Below are positions 27,483 to 36,952 of a stretch of DNA of 64,000 nt, one piece after another. Source of the stretch: an uncultured bacterium (GTDB lineage: Bacteria > Latescibacterota > UBA2968 > UBA8231). Location of the stretch: positions 4,126 to 68,125 of the forward strand of contig CAXGPR010000007.1 of the NCBI GenBank assembly GCA_964011675.1, read 5' to 3'. The translations under genes and the position numbers were made by a program. Each line of letters opens with the position of its first letter. The first letter of the stretch is position 1. A model generated the notes under the pieces. The model ran no database searches and had not been told where the DNA came from. It saw nothing but the letters and a program-made list of their open reading frames with translations.

Positions 27483-29618
27483 TCAATCGCCTGTTGTTGT
27501 TGCACTGTCGATTAGCTTGTCAGGCAGGCCGAGAGCAGGGGCTCCTGTGTCCGGAGTCAGGTCGGGTAAGTCTACGATATCGAGGGGACGGAAACGATCT
27601 CCGTCGATTTTTAAAAGAGTTAGATCGACATTTGTTCGACGCTGTTCAGAGAAAGAAATTTGCCCAGAAACACCGGGAAATCTGCGCACACCAGCCAACC
27701 AGTCGCGTATCTGTCCCCGCTCTCCATCGCCATCTTGCCAAGCTCGTATCACTAGTTGAGCCGCGTCATAGCCGTGTGCTGCATATTGAGGATCACTGTA
27801 GAAACGCTGCCTGTAGCTATCTATAAAATTGCGTTCTTCAACACGGTCTTCGCGGTGGGCCGATGCCACGATCACTCCATCGACATATTTCCTTTCACTC
27901 CCGCGCATTTGACGTACTCCTTCTGGGTCATACCAAATGTCGTTGCCAATAATTCGGGCATCCAAACGATAAAAAGATACTTGTGGTGCAATTGTCTTGG
28001 CATCTTCAAAACTCTCTATTACCACTACGATACCGTCTATCGTGTCGATAAAAATTTCAGATGAATCGGGAGGCGCTTCCTCATCTTCGTCATCTTCGAC
28101 TTCCTCTTCTATACCGTCAAGCAACTCCGTGAGAAAAGAAGGCGCTGTTTGCGCACTATCGACGTCCGTCCACTCAAGTGAATCTGCAACGGCGAGCGAA
28201 TCGATAGGAGGAGGCATGAGCTCAAAACCTACACGACGTATTTCCTCAAATACGCGGCGAAAGTCTTTGGTTTCGTTGGGTACATACCAATCAGTGTGTA
28301 CCACGTGTCCCCCATTAACTTCGGCAATGCGCCGAAACTCGCGCACAAAGTTCCAGCCATAATCACTAAGGGGGGATATGAGCACCAAATTTTGGTGACC
28401 TAAAACCAGCGTTGCGTGTTCAGCCAGCAAATGACCTTGTGTTTCTGGAATGGTATTTAGTTGAAATATGTGTTGCCCAATCGAGTCTAGGCCACTCTGC
28501 TGAGATAGCGGTGCAATCATGGGAACGCCTGCCGCCTCGGCTACCGCGGCAGCAGCTACGCACGAACTACTAAATACCGGTCCAATAATCGCTTTAACAC
28601 CTTGATCTACTAGGCTGCGCGCGCCCTGCACTACGCGAACTAAACCACTGCCCGGATGTTCGCTTATGTTACCAGCAGAATCTGTATTAATCGGCAAATC
28701 CCCGAAGTCCATTCCTATATCGGCTATAACCAAGTCAAATGGCTGACCGGCGGCTTCATTTGCCATCTGCACTCCGGAATAGAGCTCTTCCCCAAGCGCT
28801 TTATACGGGCCGCTAAAAGGCAGTAATAGGCCCAGCTTTACCTTTGACGCGACCGTTGCTTCCTCTCTCCAAGTCTCTATCTCATCGCTAAACAATCCAT
28901 CGGACTCGTAGTCGATAATAGGCAGCCCGTCTTCACTGTTTTCTTCTCCATATTGGTTGATTATAGACGAAAAAATACCCGAATTACCAATGCTATCGCC
29001 ATAGGTCTGCTCTGCGAATGCCGCTTCAATATCCCAGCCTAAGCGCCTAAACCAGCGCGCACGCCCATAGAAAAGCGCTTCGCGCATCCTTTTTTTGCCT
29101 ACGGCTAAACGAACGCTTTCCATAGCTTTTTCACTGATAAAACCATTCTTATCAATGGCAGCTAACCGTTCCGCCGCCCGCGCCTGTGTCTCGAGTGGAG
29201 CCGGCGTAGCTAACAGCCGTCCGTATTCCGCTGCCGCCTCGTAGTATCGCTTGAGTTGAAAGTAGGCATCTCCTGTTAACAATCGAGCATCAGGGATATA
29301 GCGACTATCGACGTACTTTCTCGGTAAACCACGCGCAGCCGCCAGCGCACCTTCGTAATCACCTAAGCGATAGTAACTTTTTCCCAGCATCAGTTGCCCC
29401 GCGCTGGAATGTTGATGAGCTACCTGCTCTAACAGGACAACAAACGCGGTACGGGCTTTTTCATACTCTCCGTTGCGATAAGCCTGTAGCCCCTGTGCAA
29501 ACACTCTATCGGCATCCGGAGAATAAGTTCCCTCTATCGATTGGGCGTGAAGTCGAGCAGATTGGCCCCACGTTGCCAAAGCCAAGATCACGAGGAGAAT
29601 GCCCCAAAATTGATGCAT
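27483..29618 (-). CDS. Secreted TPR-domain protein fused to a type-I periplasmic-binding-protein domain (LpoA/LppC-like or LivJ-like)
   Basis: Signal peptide. N-terminal TPR helices. LGLLLPFSGPYKALG...ANEAAG matches the PLSG start of PBP type-I / LpoA C-domains. Acidic insert (EEEVEDDEDEE). Confidence 0.5.
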   Translation of the reverse strand: MHQFWGILLVILALATWGQSARLHAQSIEGTYSPDADRVFAQGLQAYRNGEYEKARTAFVVLLEQVAHQHSSAGQLMLGKSYYRLGDYEGALAAARGLPRKYVDSRYIPDARLLTGDAYFQLKRYYEAAAEYGRLLATPAPLETQARAAERLAAIDKNGFISEKAMESVRLAVGKKRMREALFYGRARWFRRLGWDIEAAFAEQTYGDSIGNSGIFSSIINQYGEENSEDGLPIIDYESDGLFSDEIETWREEATVASKVKLGLLLPFSGPYKALGEELYSGVQMANEAAGQPFDLVIADIGMDFGDLPINTDSAGNISEHPGSGLVRVVQGARSLVDQGVKAIIGPVFSSSCVAAAAVAEAAGVPMIAPLSQQSGLDSIGQHIFQLNTIPETQGHLLAEHATLVLGHQNLVLISPLSDYGWNFVREFRRIAEVNGGHVVHTDWYVPNETKDFRRVFEEIRRVGFELMPPPIDSLAVADSLEWTDVDSAQTAPSFLTELLDGIEEEVEDDEDEEAPPDSSEIFIDTIDGIVVVIESFEDAKTIAPQVSFYRLDARIIGNDIWYDPEGVRQMRGSERKYVDGVIVASAHREDRVEERNFIDSYRQRFYSDPQYAAHGYDAAQLVIRAWQDGDGERGQIRDWLAGVRRFPGVSGQISFSEQRRTNVDLTLLKIDGDRFRPLDIVDLPDLTPDTGAPALGLPDKLIDSATTTGD

Positions 29619-29749
29619 GTAAACTCCCTAATAAACAGTTGGATATCGCGAAATGTAGACTTGTCGTTGCCGAGTGTCAAGCGGGGTTGTCGCGGCATCT
29701 CATGCCCTGTATATTAGCACTTAGGACACATTAATCGATATGGAGTAAG

Positions 29750-31255
29750 ATGGAGATACGCTCAGAAAAAATAGGCCTTGATCCCGAGAAACTGCGCCAG
29801 TTCCTCGAGCAGCAAATGAAGGACTCTCCCCCCCAACAGGCTGCTGCAACCGACGGCAGCACTTCAACGAATCCGTCAGAGGGTCCTCCGATCGAGTTTG
29901 ACCTCATTCCAGAGGAACTGGAAGCCTATTTGGACCAATTTGTCATTCGTCAGAGTGAAGCAAAGGCCGTGCTGTCTACTAAAATCTGCACCCATTTTAA
30001 TCGGCTCAAACTAGAAAAGGACGAAGATGAAGAAGCCATTGGCAATATAAAAAACAACGTCCTTCTCATCGGTCCAACCGGCGTAGGCAAGACGTATCTC
30101 ATCAAACTAATAGCCCGCAAAATCGGCGTGCCATTCGTTAAAGGCGACGCAACAAAATTCAGCGAAACGGGCTATGTCGGTGGCGATGTTGAAGATTTAG
30201 TACGCGACCTTGTCCGAGAGGCAGACGGCGATATAGCACGAGCAGAACACGGTATAATTTACATTGATGAAATAGACAAGATTGCTTCGACGCGTGGTTT
30301 GAGCGGCCCCGATGTATCCCGCTCAGGCGTGCAGCGAAACCTACTCAAGCTCATGGAGGAAACTGAGGTTGACCTGAAATCGCCCCAAGATATAGCTTCT
30401 CAGATGGAAGCGGTTATGCAAATGCAACAATCAGGTAAAGTAGAGCGCAAAAAGGTTAACACGCGTAATATTTTGTTTATTGTAAGCGGTGCCTTTGCGG
30501 GACTCGACGAAATTATCTCTCGTCGCTTGAACAGGGGAGCGATCGGGTTTCAACTAGGCGATGAATCCACGTCATCAGATTTACAGCCAGAGCAGTTATA
30601 CCGCAACGTGCGCACGGAAGACCTGTTAGAATATGGTTTTGAATCAGAATTCATTGGCCGTCTGCCCGTGATCGCCATTTTACATGAATTGGGAAGAGAG
30701 GACTTACTCTCTATCCTGCGCAGTCCTAAGAGCAGTGTCATATTAGCCAAAAAACGCGATTTTAGAGCCTACGGCATCGATATAGAATTCAGCAACGAAG
30801 CGCTAGAAATTATCGCAGCGCGTGCACACGAGGAAAAAACGGGTGCTCGTAGCCTTGTTGGTGCAATAGAGCGTGCCCTACTACCCTTCGAGAAAAAACT
30901 ACCTTCGAGTGCAGTGCGACAGTTTACCATTGACGAAGCGGTAATCAACAAGCCGCAAGAGGAGCTAATCAATCTACTTAGCACGTCTTCGCTGGGCAGT
31001 TTTTGTCAAAGTTTTTCACAAAAACATGGGATTGACCTACATATTGCTCCAGAGGCAGAAGCGCTGATCCTACAAATTGCAGCTGAACAAAAGAACGAGC
31101 CAAGCCAACTGTGCGAGACCCTCTTCGCGGACTACGGACACGGCCTCAAGCTCGCAGAGCTAACAGAATACACTATTTCAGCTGACGCCGTGCGAGACCC
31201 TCAAGAGGCGCTCAACCAACTTATTCGTGCATTCTACAACAGCTCGAACGAGTGA
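29750..31255 (+). CDS. ClpX-family AAA+ unfoldase paralog lacking the N-terminal zinc-binding domain, with IGF loop and about 100-aa C-terminal extension
   Basis: ClpX-like motifs (YLDQFVIRQSEAK, LLIGPTGVGKTYL, ATKFSETGYVGGDVE, IIYIDEIDKI, SRSGVQRNLLKLMEE, ILFIVSGAFAGLD, GAIGFQLG = IGF loop, EFIGRLPV, GARSL sensor-2). No Cys4 N-domain. No clpP nearby. Confidence 0.7.
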   Translation: MEIRSEKIGLDPEKLRQFLEQQMKDSPPQQAAATDGSTSTNPSEGPPIEFDLIPEELEAYLDQFVIRQSEAKAVLSTKICTHFNRLKLEKDEDEEAIGNIKNNVLLIGPTGVGKTYLIKLIARKIGVPFVKGDATKFSETGYVGGDVEDLVRDLVREADGDIARAEHGIIYIDEIDKIASTRGLSGPDVSRSGVQRNLLKLMEETEVDLKSPQDIASQMEAVMQMQQSGKVERKKVNTRNILFIVSGAFAGLDEIISRRLNRGAIGFQLGDESTSSDLQPEQLYRNVRTEDLLEYGFESEFIGRLPVIAILHELGREDLLSILRSPKSSVILAKKRDFRAYGIDIEFSNEALEIIAARAHEEKTGARSLVGAIERALLPFEKKLPSSAVRQFTIDEAVINKPQEELINLLSTSSLGSFCQSFSQKHGIDLHIAPEAEALILQIAAEQKNEPSQLCETLFADYGHGLKLAELTEYTISADAVRDPQEALNQLIRAFYNSSNE

Positions 31256-31257
31256 GC

Positions 31258-32628
31258 TTAGCGCATATTATACTCAATTTCTTTTCGATAAAGCGTACTG
31301 AGGCCAATCTGAAGGATCTCTGCAGCGCGGCGACGATCATTGCCAACTGCTTTTAACGTCTCGCGTATAGCCATTTTTTCCATTTCTTTTATCGACATAC
31401 CGACACGGAAACCGACTTCGGAGAACGTACGTTCACGGCGGTTTATGTAACGAGGAATATCATCAACCTGCAGCATACCTTCACGTGAGGACATGACGAC
31501 CATTCCCTCGATGCAATTTTTCAACTCACGCACATTACCCGGCCATTCATACTCGATAAGTATATCGAGAGCCCGAGCACTTATTCCGGAAAAAGATTTT
31601 TCGTTATCTTCTGCAAATTGACGCACAAACTCGTCAACAAGCAGCGGAATATCTTCGCGACACTCGCGTAAAGCAGGAACCTCAATAGTGATTACATTGA
31701 GTCGATAGAATAAATCCGCTCTATATGCACCAGAATCAACCATGCTGTCTAGATCTCGATGCGTAGCGGCAATAAGCCGAACATCGACCCCACGTGTCTG
31801 CGTGGCTCCCACTCGTTCAAATCGACCATCCTGTATGACCCGCAGTAGCTTTACCTGCGTGGGCGGCGGTATATCTCCTACTTCATCGAGAAAGAGCGTC
31901 CCCTCATCTGCGAGCTCAAAGCGTCCCTTTCGCGCTGTCGCTGCGCCAGTGAATGCTCCCTTTTCGTGACCAAATAATTCACTCTCGACCACCCCCTCTG
32001 GCAACGCACCACAGTTTACTTCGACAAACGCCTCACCACGCCGCCTGCTTTGCTGATGAATAGCTTTGGCCACCTCACCTTTTCCCGTACCTGTCTCGCC
32101 TCGGATCAAAACACTCGTTTTTGACTGCGCTACCTGCTCTACCTGACGATAAATTCGCTGCCAAGCCGAAGAGCGACGTGCAATGCCACCAAATCGATAG
32201 CGTTCGTCTAAACGACGCTGAAGATTGGACACTTCCCCCACGAGCTGCTGATAAGAGAGCCCTCGCTCTAAAACAGCTTTTATCTTTGCAAAATTGAGCG
32301 GCATCAGCTGAAAATCATAGGCCCCTTCGCGCATAGCTTCTATACCCAGCTCAATCTCTTCCGGTGTAGCTATGGCGATCGCACATATAGACGCATTACG
32401 CTCACGCGCCACCTTTTGCAGGCGCAGTCCATCAATCCGAGTCTGCCTTAGTGGATAAATAAGCGCGTTTACAACCTCGGTATCTAAAATATCATACGCG
32501 CTTTGTCCCTCGTGTACCCAGAGGACATCTGCCTCATCTTCCTCGAGAGAAACTACGAGCTCTTTCGCAGATTTAGACTCTGGCAGTACTACTAAAATGC
32601 GCGGACGCGGAACCGATATCTCACTCAC
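31258..32628 (-). CDS. Sigma-54-dependent transcriptional activator (NtrC family) with degenerate receiver-like N-domain
   Basis: AAA+ sigma-54 interaction domain ([34 protein letters not shown]). C-terminal Fis-type HTH ([18 protein letters not shown]). The N-domain is REC-like, but the acidic pocket and phospho-Asp are replaced (ILVVLPE..., NALIYPL). Confidence 0.85.
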   Translation of the reverse strand: MSEISVPRPRILVVLPESKSAKELVVSLEEDEADVLWVHEGQSAYDILDTEVVNALIYPLRQTRIDGLRLQKVARERNASICAIAIATPEEIELGIEAMREGAYDFQLMPLNFAKIKAVLERGLSYQQLVGEVSNLQRRLDERYRFGGIARRSSAWQRIYRQVEQVAQSKTSVLIRGETGTGKGEVAKAIHQQSRRRGEAFVEVNCGALPEGVVESELFGHEKGAFTGAATARKGRFELADEGTLFLDEVGDIPPPTQVKLLRVIQDGRFERVGATQTRGVDVRLIAATHRDLDSMVDSGAYRADLFYRLNVITIEVPALRECREDIPLLVDEFVRQFAEDNEKSFSGISARALDILIEYEWPGNVRELKNCIEGMVVMSSREGMLQVDDIPRYINRRERTFSEVGFRVGMSIKEMEKMAIRETLKAVGNDRRRAAEILQIGLSTLYRKEIEYNMR

Positions 32629-32644
32629 TAACCGTCTTCTCCCC

Positions 32645-34999
32645 TTAAGCTGCTGCGCGGCGTATTTCCTTGCCTTCTATACAGGCGGCAAAAACCTCGT
32701 CCAATTCACCCACTAGCACAATGTCCATTTTCCGTCGAACTTTGGACGGAATTTCTTCTAAATCGCGCTCGTTTGCTCGCGGCAGTATAACTCTTTTTAG
32801 GCCCGAGCGATGTGCAGCTAACACTTTTTCTTTAACCCCCCCAACAGGTAGTACTCGCCCACGCAGCGTTATTTCCCCGGTCATTGCCACATCATCACGC
32901 ACGCAGCGCCTAGTGAACAGAGACAGCAGAGCCGTCGTAACCGCAACGCCAGCAGACGGACCATCTTTAGGAATAGCCCCCGCCGGAAGGTGAATGTGGA
33001 TATCGTGCGTATCAAAGAAATCGTCTTCTATTTTCCACTTTGCAGCGTGGGTTCGAATATAAGACAGTGCTATTTGGGCAGACTCCCGCATGACATCACC
33101 AAGCTGTCCCGTCAACGTTAACCCCTTTCCACCTCTCATTTGCGTTGCTTCGACATACATAACCTCTCCGCCTACTGGAGTCCAAGCTAACCCAGCAACT
33201 AGACCCGGCATTCCTAGCTCTTCTGTAGCAGACTCCCGAACCACAACGGATCCAAGGTAGCGGCCTAGGCTTTCTTCAGTTACGTTAAAGGGGCCCCGCT
33301 GTCCCCTAACTACTTCACGCGCTATTTTTCTACAGAGACGGCCCACCTCACGGTTTAAATTACGCACGCCTGCCTCTTGAGTATATCCGCGAATAAGCTG
33401 ACGAATTACCGGTTCCTCTACCGACACCTTTCGACGGGCCAAACCGTGCTCACGCAGTTGTCTACTTATAATGTGATTTTGCACAATATGCACCTTTTCG
33501 TCTTCCGTATAGCCAAAGAGTTGAATTACTTCCAATCGGTCGCGGAGAGCAGGTGGAATAGTATCAAGCTGATTCGCTGTTGCTACGAAGGTCACATCGG
33601 AAAGGTCAAAGGGAACATCTAAATAATGATCCCTAAAACGGTCATTTTGTTCGGGATCGAGCACCTCGAGCAAAGCGGCCGCGGGATCGCCACGAAAGTC
33701 TGAACCTATTTTGTCCAGTTCGTCCAGCATAAATACCGGATTCTTTGTACCAACTTTTCGCAACGATTGGATTATACGCCCTGGTAGCGCTCCAATATAA
33801 GTCCTTCGATGACCGCGTATTTCGGATTCATCGCGGACTCCACCAAGAGAAAAGTGGACAAACTTACGCCCCATAGCTCGTGCAATGGATCGGCCCAACG
33901 ACGTCTTTCCCACGCCGGGTGGACCAACAAAGCAAAAGATCGGGCTTTTTGAAGACTTCTTCAGAGTGCGCACTGAAAGGAACTCAAGCACCCGTTCCTT
34001 CACTCTTTCTAACCCTTCGTGATCGGCATCCAACACGTGCCGACTTCGTTCCAAATCGACCCGCTCAATAGACTTCTTGTACCAGGGCATATCAAGAAGA
34101 CATTCCAGATACGTGCGAGCCACTGAGTATTCTGCCGCACTCTCAGTCATATGGGATAGGCGATCAAACTCTCTCTGTGCTTCGAGACGCACTTCGTCAG
34201 GCAGTTTAGCTCTCTTTAGCCTATTTCGTAGACGGTCTAAGTCCTCATCCCCATCACCCAGTTCTTGCTGTATCACTCGCATCTGTTCACGCAAATAACT
34301 TTCGCGCTGGGCTTGTCCCATCTCCTCTTCAATTTGTCCTTGAATTTGGTTACTCATCTCTAAAATCGACAGTTCTCGATTAAGCAACCAGGTGAGGCGC
34401 CTAAGACGCGCAACGACTGACTTCTGAGCTAGGAGTTCCTGTTTCTTAGAAAGAGAGATATCTAATCCAGAGGCTATAAAATCCGCTAGATGGCCTGGAT
34501 CCTTCTCTAGGTTGATAGCCCTAACCTGCAGTTCTTCGCTTAGTTTTGGTACGAGTCCCACCATCTTTTGAAATTGCTGTGATAGATTGTAAGCAAGAGC
34601 CTGCTCTTCTCGACTATCCACCAACTCATCATCTACGGATGTTCCCCGAGCTATTATATAGGGATCTTCTTGTATTAACTCGTCCATGTGAACGCGCTGG
34701 AGACCCCGCAAAACAAGCTGCATATTGCCATCAGGCAACTTAAATGCCCTCTCAATCTCGACCACAATGCCCATCTCGTGCAGGCGTCCCCAGTCAGGGT
34801 TTTCTTCGCCCGCATCAGTCTGTAGAACTGCAAATAGACGCTTTTTTCCAGCAAGTACATCTGCCACTAAGTTAAGCGAACTTTTACGCCCAATTAGAAT
34901 TTGAGACGGCACACCGGGAAAGATAACCACATTGCGCAACGGCAATACGGGAAGTTGATACGGGCTCTTATCTGTAACCTGCGACTTCGTTTTATTCAT
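32645..34999 (-). CDS. lon: ATP-dependent Lon protease (LonA)
   Basis: LON N-domain. Walker A (GPPGVGKTSLG). Protease domain with PKDGPSAGVA catalytic Ser. 784 aa. Confidence 0.92.
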   Translation of the reverse strand: MNKTKSQVTDKSPYQLPVLPLRNVVIFPGVPSQILIGRKSSLNLVADVLAGKKRLFAVLQTDAGEENPDWGRLHEMGIVVEIERAFKLPDGNMQLVLRGLQRVHMDELIQEDPYIIARGTSVDDELVDSREEQALAYNLSQQFQKMVGLVPKLSEELQVRAINLEKDPGHLADFIASGLDISLSKKQELLAQKSVVARLRRLTWLLNRELSILEMSNQIQGQIEEEMGQAQRESYLREQMRVIQQELGDGDEDLDRLRNRLKRAKLPDEVRLEAQREFDRLSHMTESAAEYSVARTYLECLLDMPWYKKSIERVDLERSRHVLDADHEGLERVKERVLEFLSVRTLKKSSKSPIFCFVGPPGVGKTSLGRSIARAMGRKFVHFSLGGVRDESEIRGHRRTYIGALPGRIIQSLRKVGTKNPVFMLDELDKIGSDFRGDPAAALLEVLDPEQNDRFRDHYLDVPFDLSDVTFVATANQLDTIPPALRDRLEVIQLFGYTEDEKVHIVQNHIISRQLREHGLARRKVSVEEPVIRQLIRGYTQEAGVRNLNREVGRLCRKIAREVVRGQRGPFNVTEESLGRYLGSVVVRESATEELGMPGLVAGLAWTPVGGEVMYVEATQMRGGKGLTLTGQLGDVMRESAQIALSYIRTHAAKWKIEDDFFDTHDIHIHLPAGAIPKDGPSAGVAVTTALLSLFTRRCVRDDVAMTGEITLRGRVLPVGGVKEKVLAAHRSGLKRVILPRANERDLEEIPSKVRRKMDIVLVGELDEVFAACIEGKEIRRAAA

Positions 35000-35290
35000 T
35001 CAAAAAAACCTGATTAAATTGTTAATTTCTCCTCCGTGACCAATATTAGGCAATATCTGTGCCTGTATATTTTTCAAAAAAAACTGACAAAATGGCAAAG
35101 TACAAATGACATTATTGTAATACATGTCATTAAGGCTAGAAATGTGACGCTTACATATGAAATGGAGCTTATCTTGGTCTGCTTGCTATTGTAAGTGTTT
35201 ACTCATATTATAAAGTCTATAGTCTTGTGAATTCTAAAAATAACTGCCTGTTATCCATACACAGATGGGCACAACAAAGCCAGCTTTTCA

Positions 35291-36790
35291 ATGTTTGCTT
35301 TTCTAACCGGTCGAAAAAAGCGGGGAGCGACCTTTAAGCCACAGCAGGAAGTAGACAAGCTAGTGGAATTGAGTCCTCCCTCTGCTTTGCTCTTTTTGTC
35401 AGATGATGAGAGTAACGATCAGAGCGAACCACTCGGTAAAGTATTTTTCCTCCGCAAAGAGAAAAAGCTCTATACACAGCGCAACCATCTCTATATGACG
35501 AAGCCCAACAATCTGAAGGTTTCCAAGGATCAGAACCTGACATTCAAACACGTATCGCTGCGGTTCATGAATAAACGTGTTCCCTATCGCTTGGATTGCA
35601 AGATTGTGGGACGCTTTCGACTTCTCCCAGAAGTCGTTGAGACGTTAGACTTTAACACAAAATCTGCCTATAAACTAGTACCAACAAGCACGCTAAAAAA
35701 ACAAGATCAACGACAGTTTTTTCGCTATACGCTAAAGAACTACGGTGATTCCCGCATTCCCTTAACTACACATATAGGCTTTGATCTATACATTCGCAAA
35801 ACAGATCAATCATTTCCCAAGCATAGTACACTACCGGTCATCCTAAAAGATATTGTTCCTATTGATTTCAAAAAAGTTGAGGGGAACCAACAATTCGCAA
35901 CGCATGACGCCATCAACGCGTTTCGCAGCATCATGCTAAAAAAACAGCCACACGATCGTAAGATAGCTGCAAGTAAAATAGATAAAGACGAATCAAATAG
36001 TCTTATGAAGCGCAAAGACGAAGAACTGTTGTTAGGTGACCTCAACCTACTCGGCATGGAGATGGAGTCGTTGCGCGATGTATTATATCTGAAAAAATCG
36101 GCAAAAGCTCAGCTAAAGAAAGGCAAGGAAAGCCCCTTTGGTATGAAACCAGGGGAAAAAGTTATTACTAATTTTAAACACAGCAACGAGTATTACCAAA
36201 TGCTTGTAGAAGTGATGGAAGCACGGACGCAGAACGAGACCGTGCGACCAGTAGAGTTACCAAGAAAAGAAACTGGCCTGAAGGCAAACTTGATCAATTA
36301 TAGCGTCGGCGGCGCGCTGATTGAAAGTAGTCCAGAATTCCTTCAATTCGTACTCGGAGATCAATGCCCGAGTAACGCCGATTCAGAAATCGATTATGAA
36401 GGAGAATATTGGGAAAACGCTTTCAGACAATTAGAGTTACCAGTAATTCACCTCACCTTCTATCCGAAGATTCATTTTCCAGATGCTTTACAGCGCTTTA
36501 AGCCTGAGTTGCCCTTCAAAGTCCGCGTCCTAGCACAGATTGTCCGAACCCACATACATCAAGTTGGCGAGCGTAAGGTATTACAACACGGTTTACAGTT
36601 CTGTTACGAACCGCAGGGCATCCCGCTTTACAAAGACGATGGAGTTGACTGGCGCTATAGTCGTTATATACGTGACAACGAGCACTTTAAAAAAGCCCAT
36701 AGCCGGCTCAGTCAACTGTACGGTTATCTGGAAAATCAAAGCATCACTAGAAGAACGACCGATCAAAAGAAACCTAAAAAGCGCACGTAA
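35291..36790 (+). CDS. Hypothetical lysine-rich protein, compositionally AT-richer than its neighbours; weak PilZ-like signatures
   Basis: 499-aa ORF with lower local GC. RxxxR-like (KRVPYRL, RQFFRYTL) and NYSVGGALIE (D/NxSxGG-like) motifs. Spacing between them is non-canonical. Preceded by a 290-bp AT-rich intergenic region. Confidence 0.45.
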   Translation: MFAFLTGRKKRGATFKPQQEVDKLVELSPPSALLFLSDDESNDQSEPLGKVFFLRKEKKLYTQRNHLYMTKPNNLKVSKDQNLTFKHVSLRFMNKRVPYRLDCKIVGRFRLLPEVVETLDFNTKSAYKLVPTSTLKKQDQRQFFRYTLKNYGDSRIPLTTHIGFDLYIRKTDQSFPKHSTLPVILKDIVPIDFKKVEGNQQFATHDAINAFRSIMLKKQPHDRKIAASKIDKDESNSLMKRKDEELLLGDLNLLGMEMESLRDVLYLKKSAKAQLKKGKESPFGMKPGEKVITNFKHSNEYYQMLVEVMEARTQNETVRPVELPRKETGLKANLINYSVGGALIESSPEFLQFVLGDQCPSNADSEIDYEGEYWENAFRQLELPVIHLTFYPKIHFPDALQRFKPELPFKVRVLAQIVRTHIHQVGERKVLQHGLQFCYEPQGIPLYKDDGVDWRYSRYIRDNEHFKKAHSRLSQLYGYLENQSITRRTTDQKKPKKRT

Positions 36791-36807
36791 TTTGACGCGC
36801 GCTTTTT
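36780..36807. terminator. Bidirectional intrinsic terminator overlapping the stop codon of the 499-aa ORF
   Basis: A5-agcgcacg-taatttga-cgcgcgct-T5: 8-bp GC stem with one mismatch, flanked by A- and T-runs. Between convergent genes. Confidence 0.5.
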
Positions 36808-36952
36808 CAACGGTCGAAACTCGTCGCCACTTAGCTTCCCGAATTCTTTCCGCTTATTTGCGAGTCGCCTTTTATCTAAAAAAATTTTCGTATCTCATCA
36901 CATTGAATGATAACTTCGCCACACATTTGAAACGATATTGACTCGGTGTTTC

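Noticed and set aside
27494-28362. Plus-strand ORFs (110, 80, 102, 121 aa) inside the TPR/PBP gene
   Set aside because: They overlap a 711-aa minus-strand ORF that has clear domain structure. One is S-rich low complexity, mirroring the acidic tract on the other strand.
35291-36790. Calling the 499-aa ORF a bona fide PilZ/YcgR protein
   Set aside because: The RxxxR and D/NxSxxG-like elements are not at canonical spacing (about 10 rather than 20-30 residues apart, or about 170 apart). It is only flagged as a weak signature.
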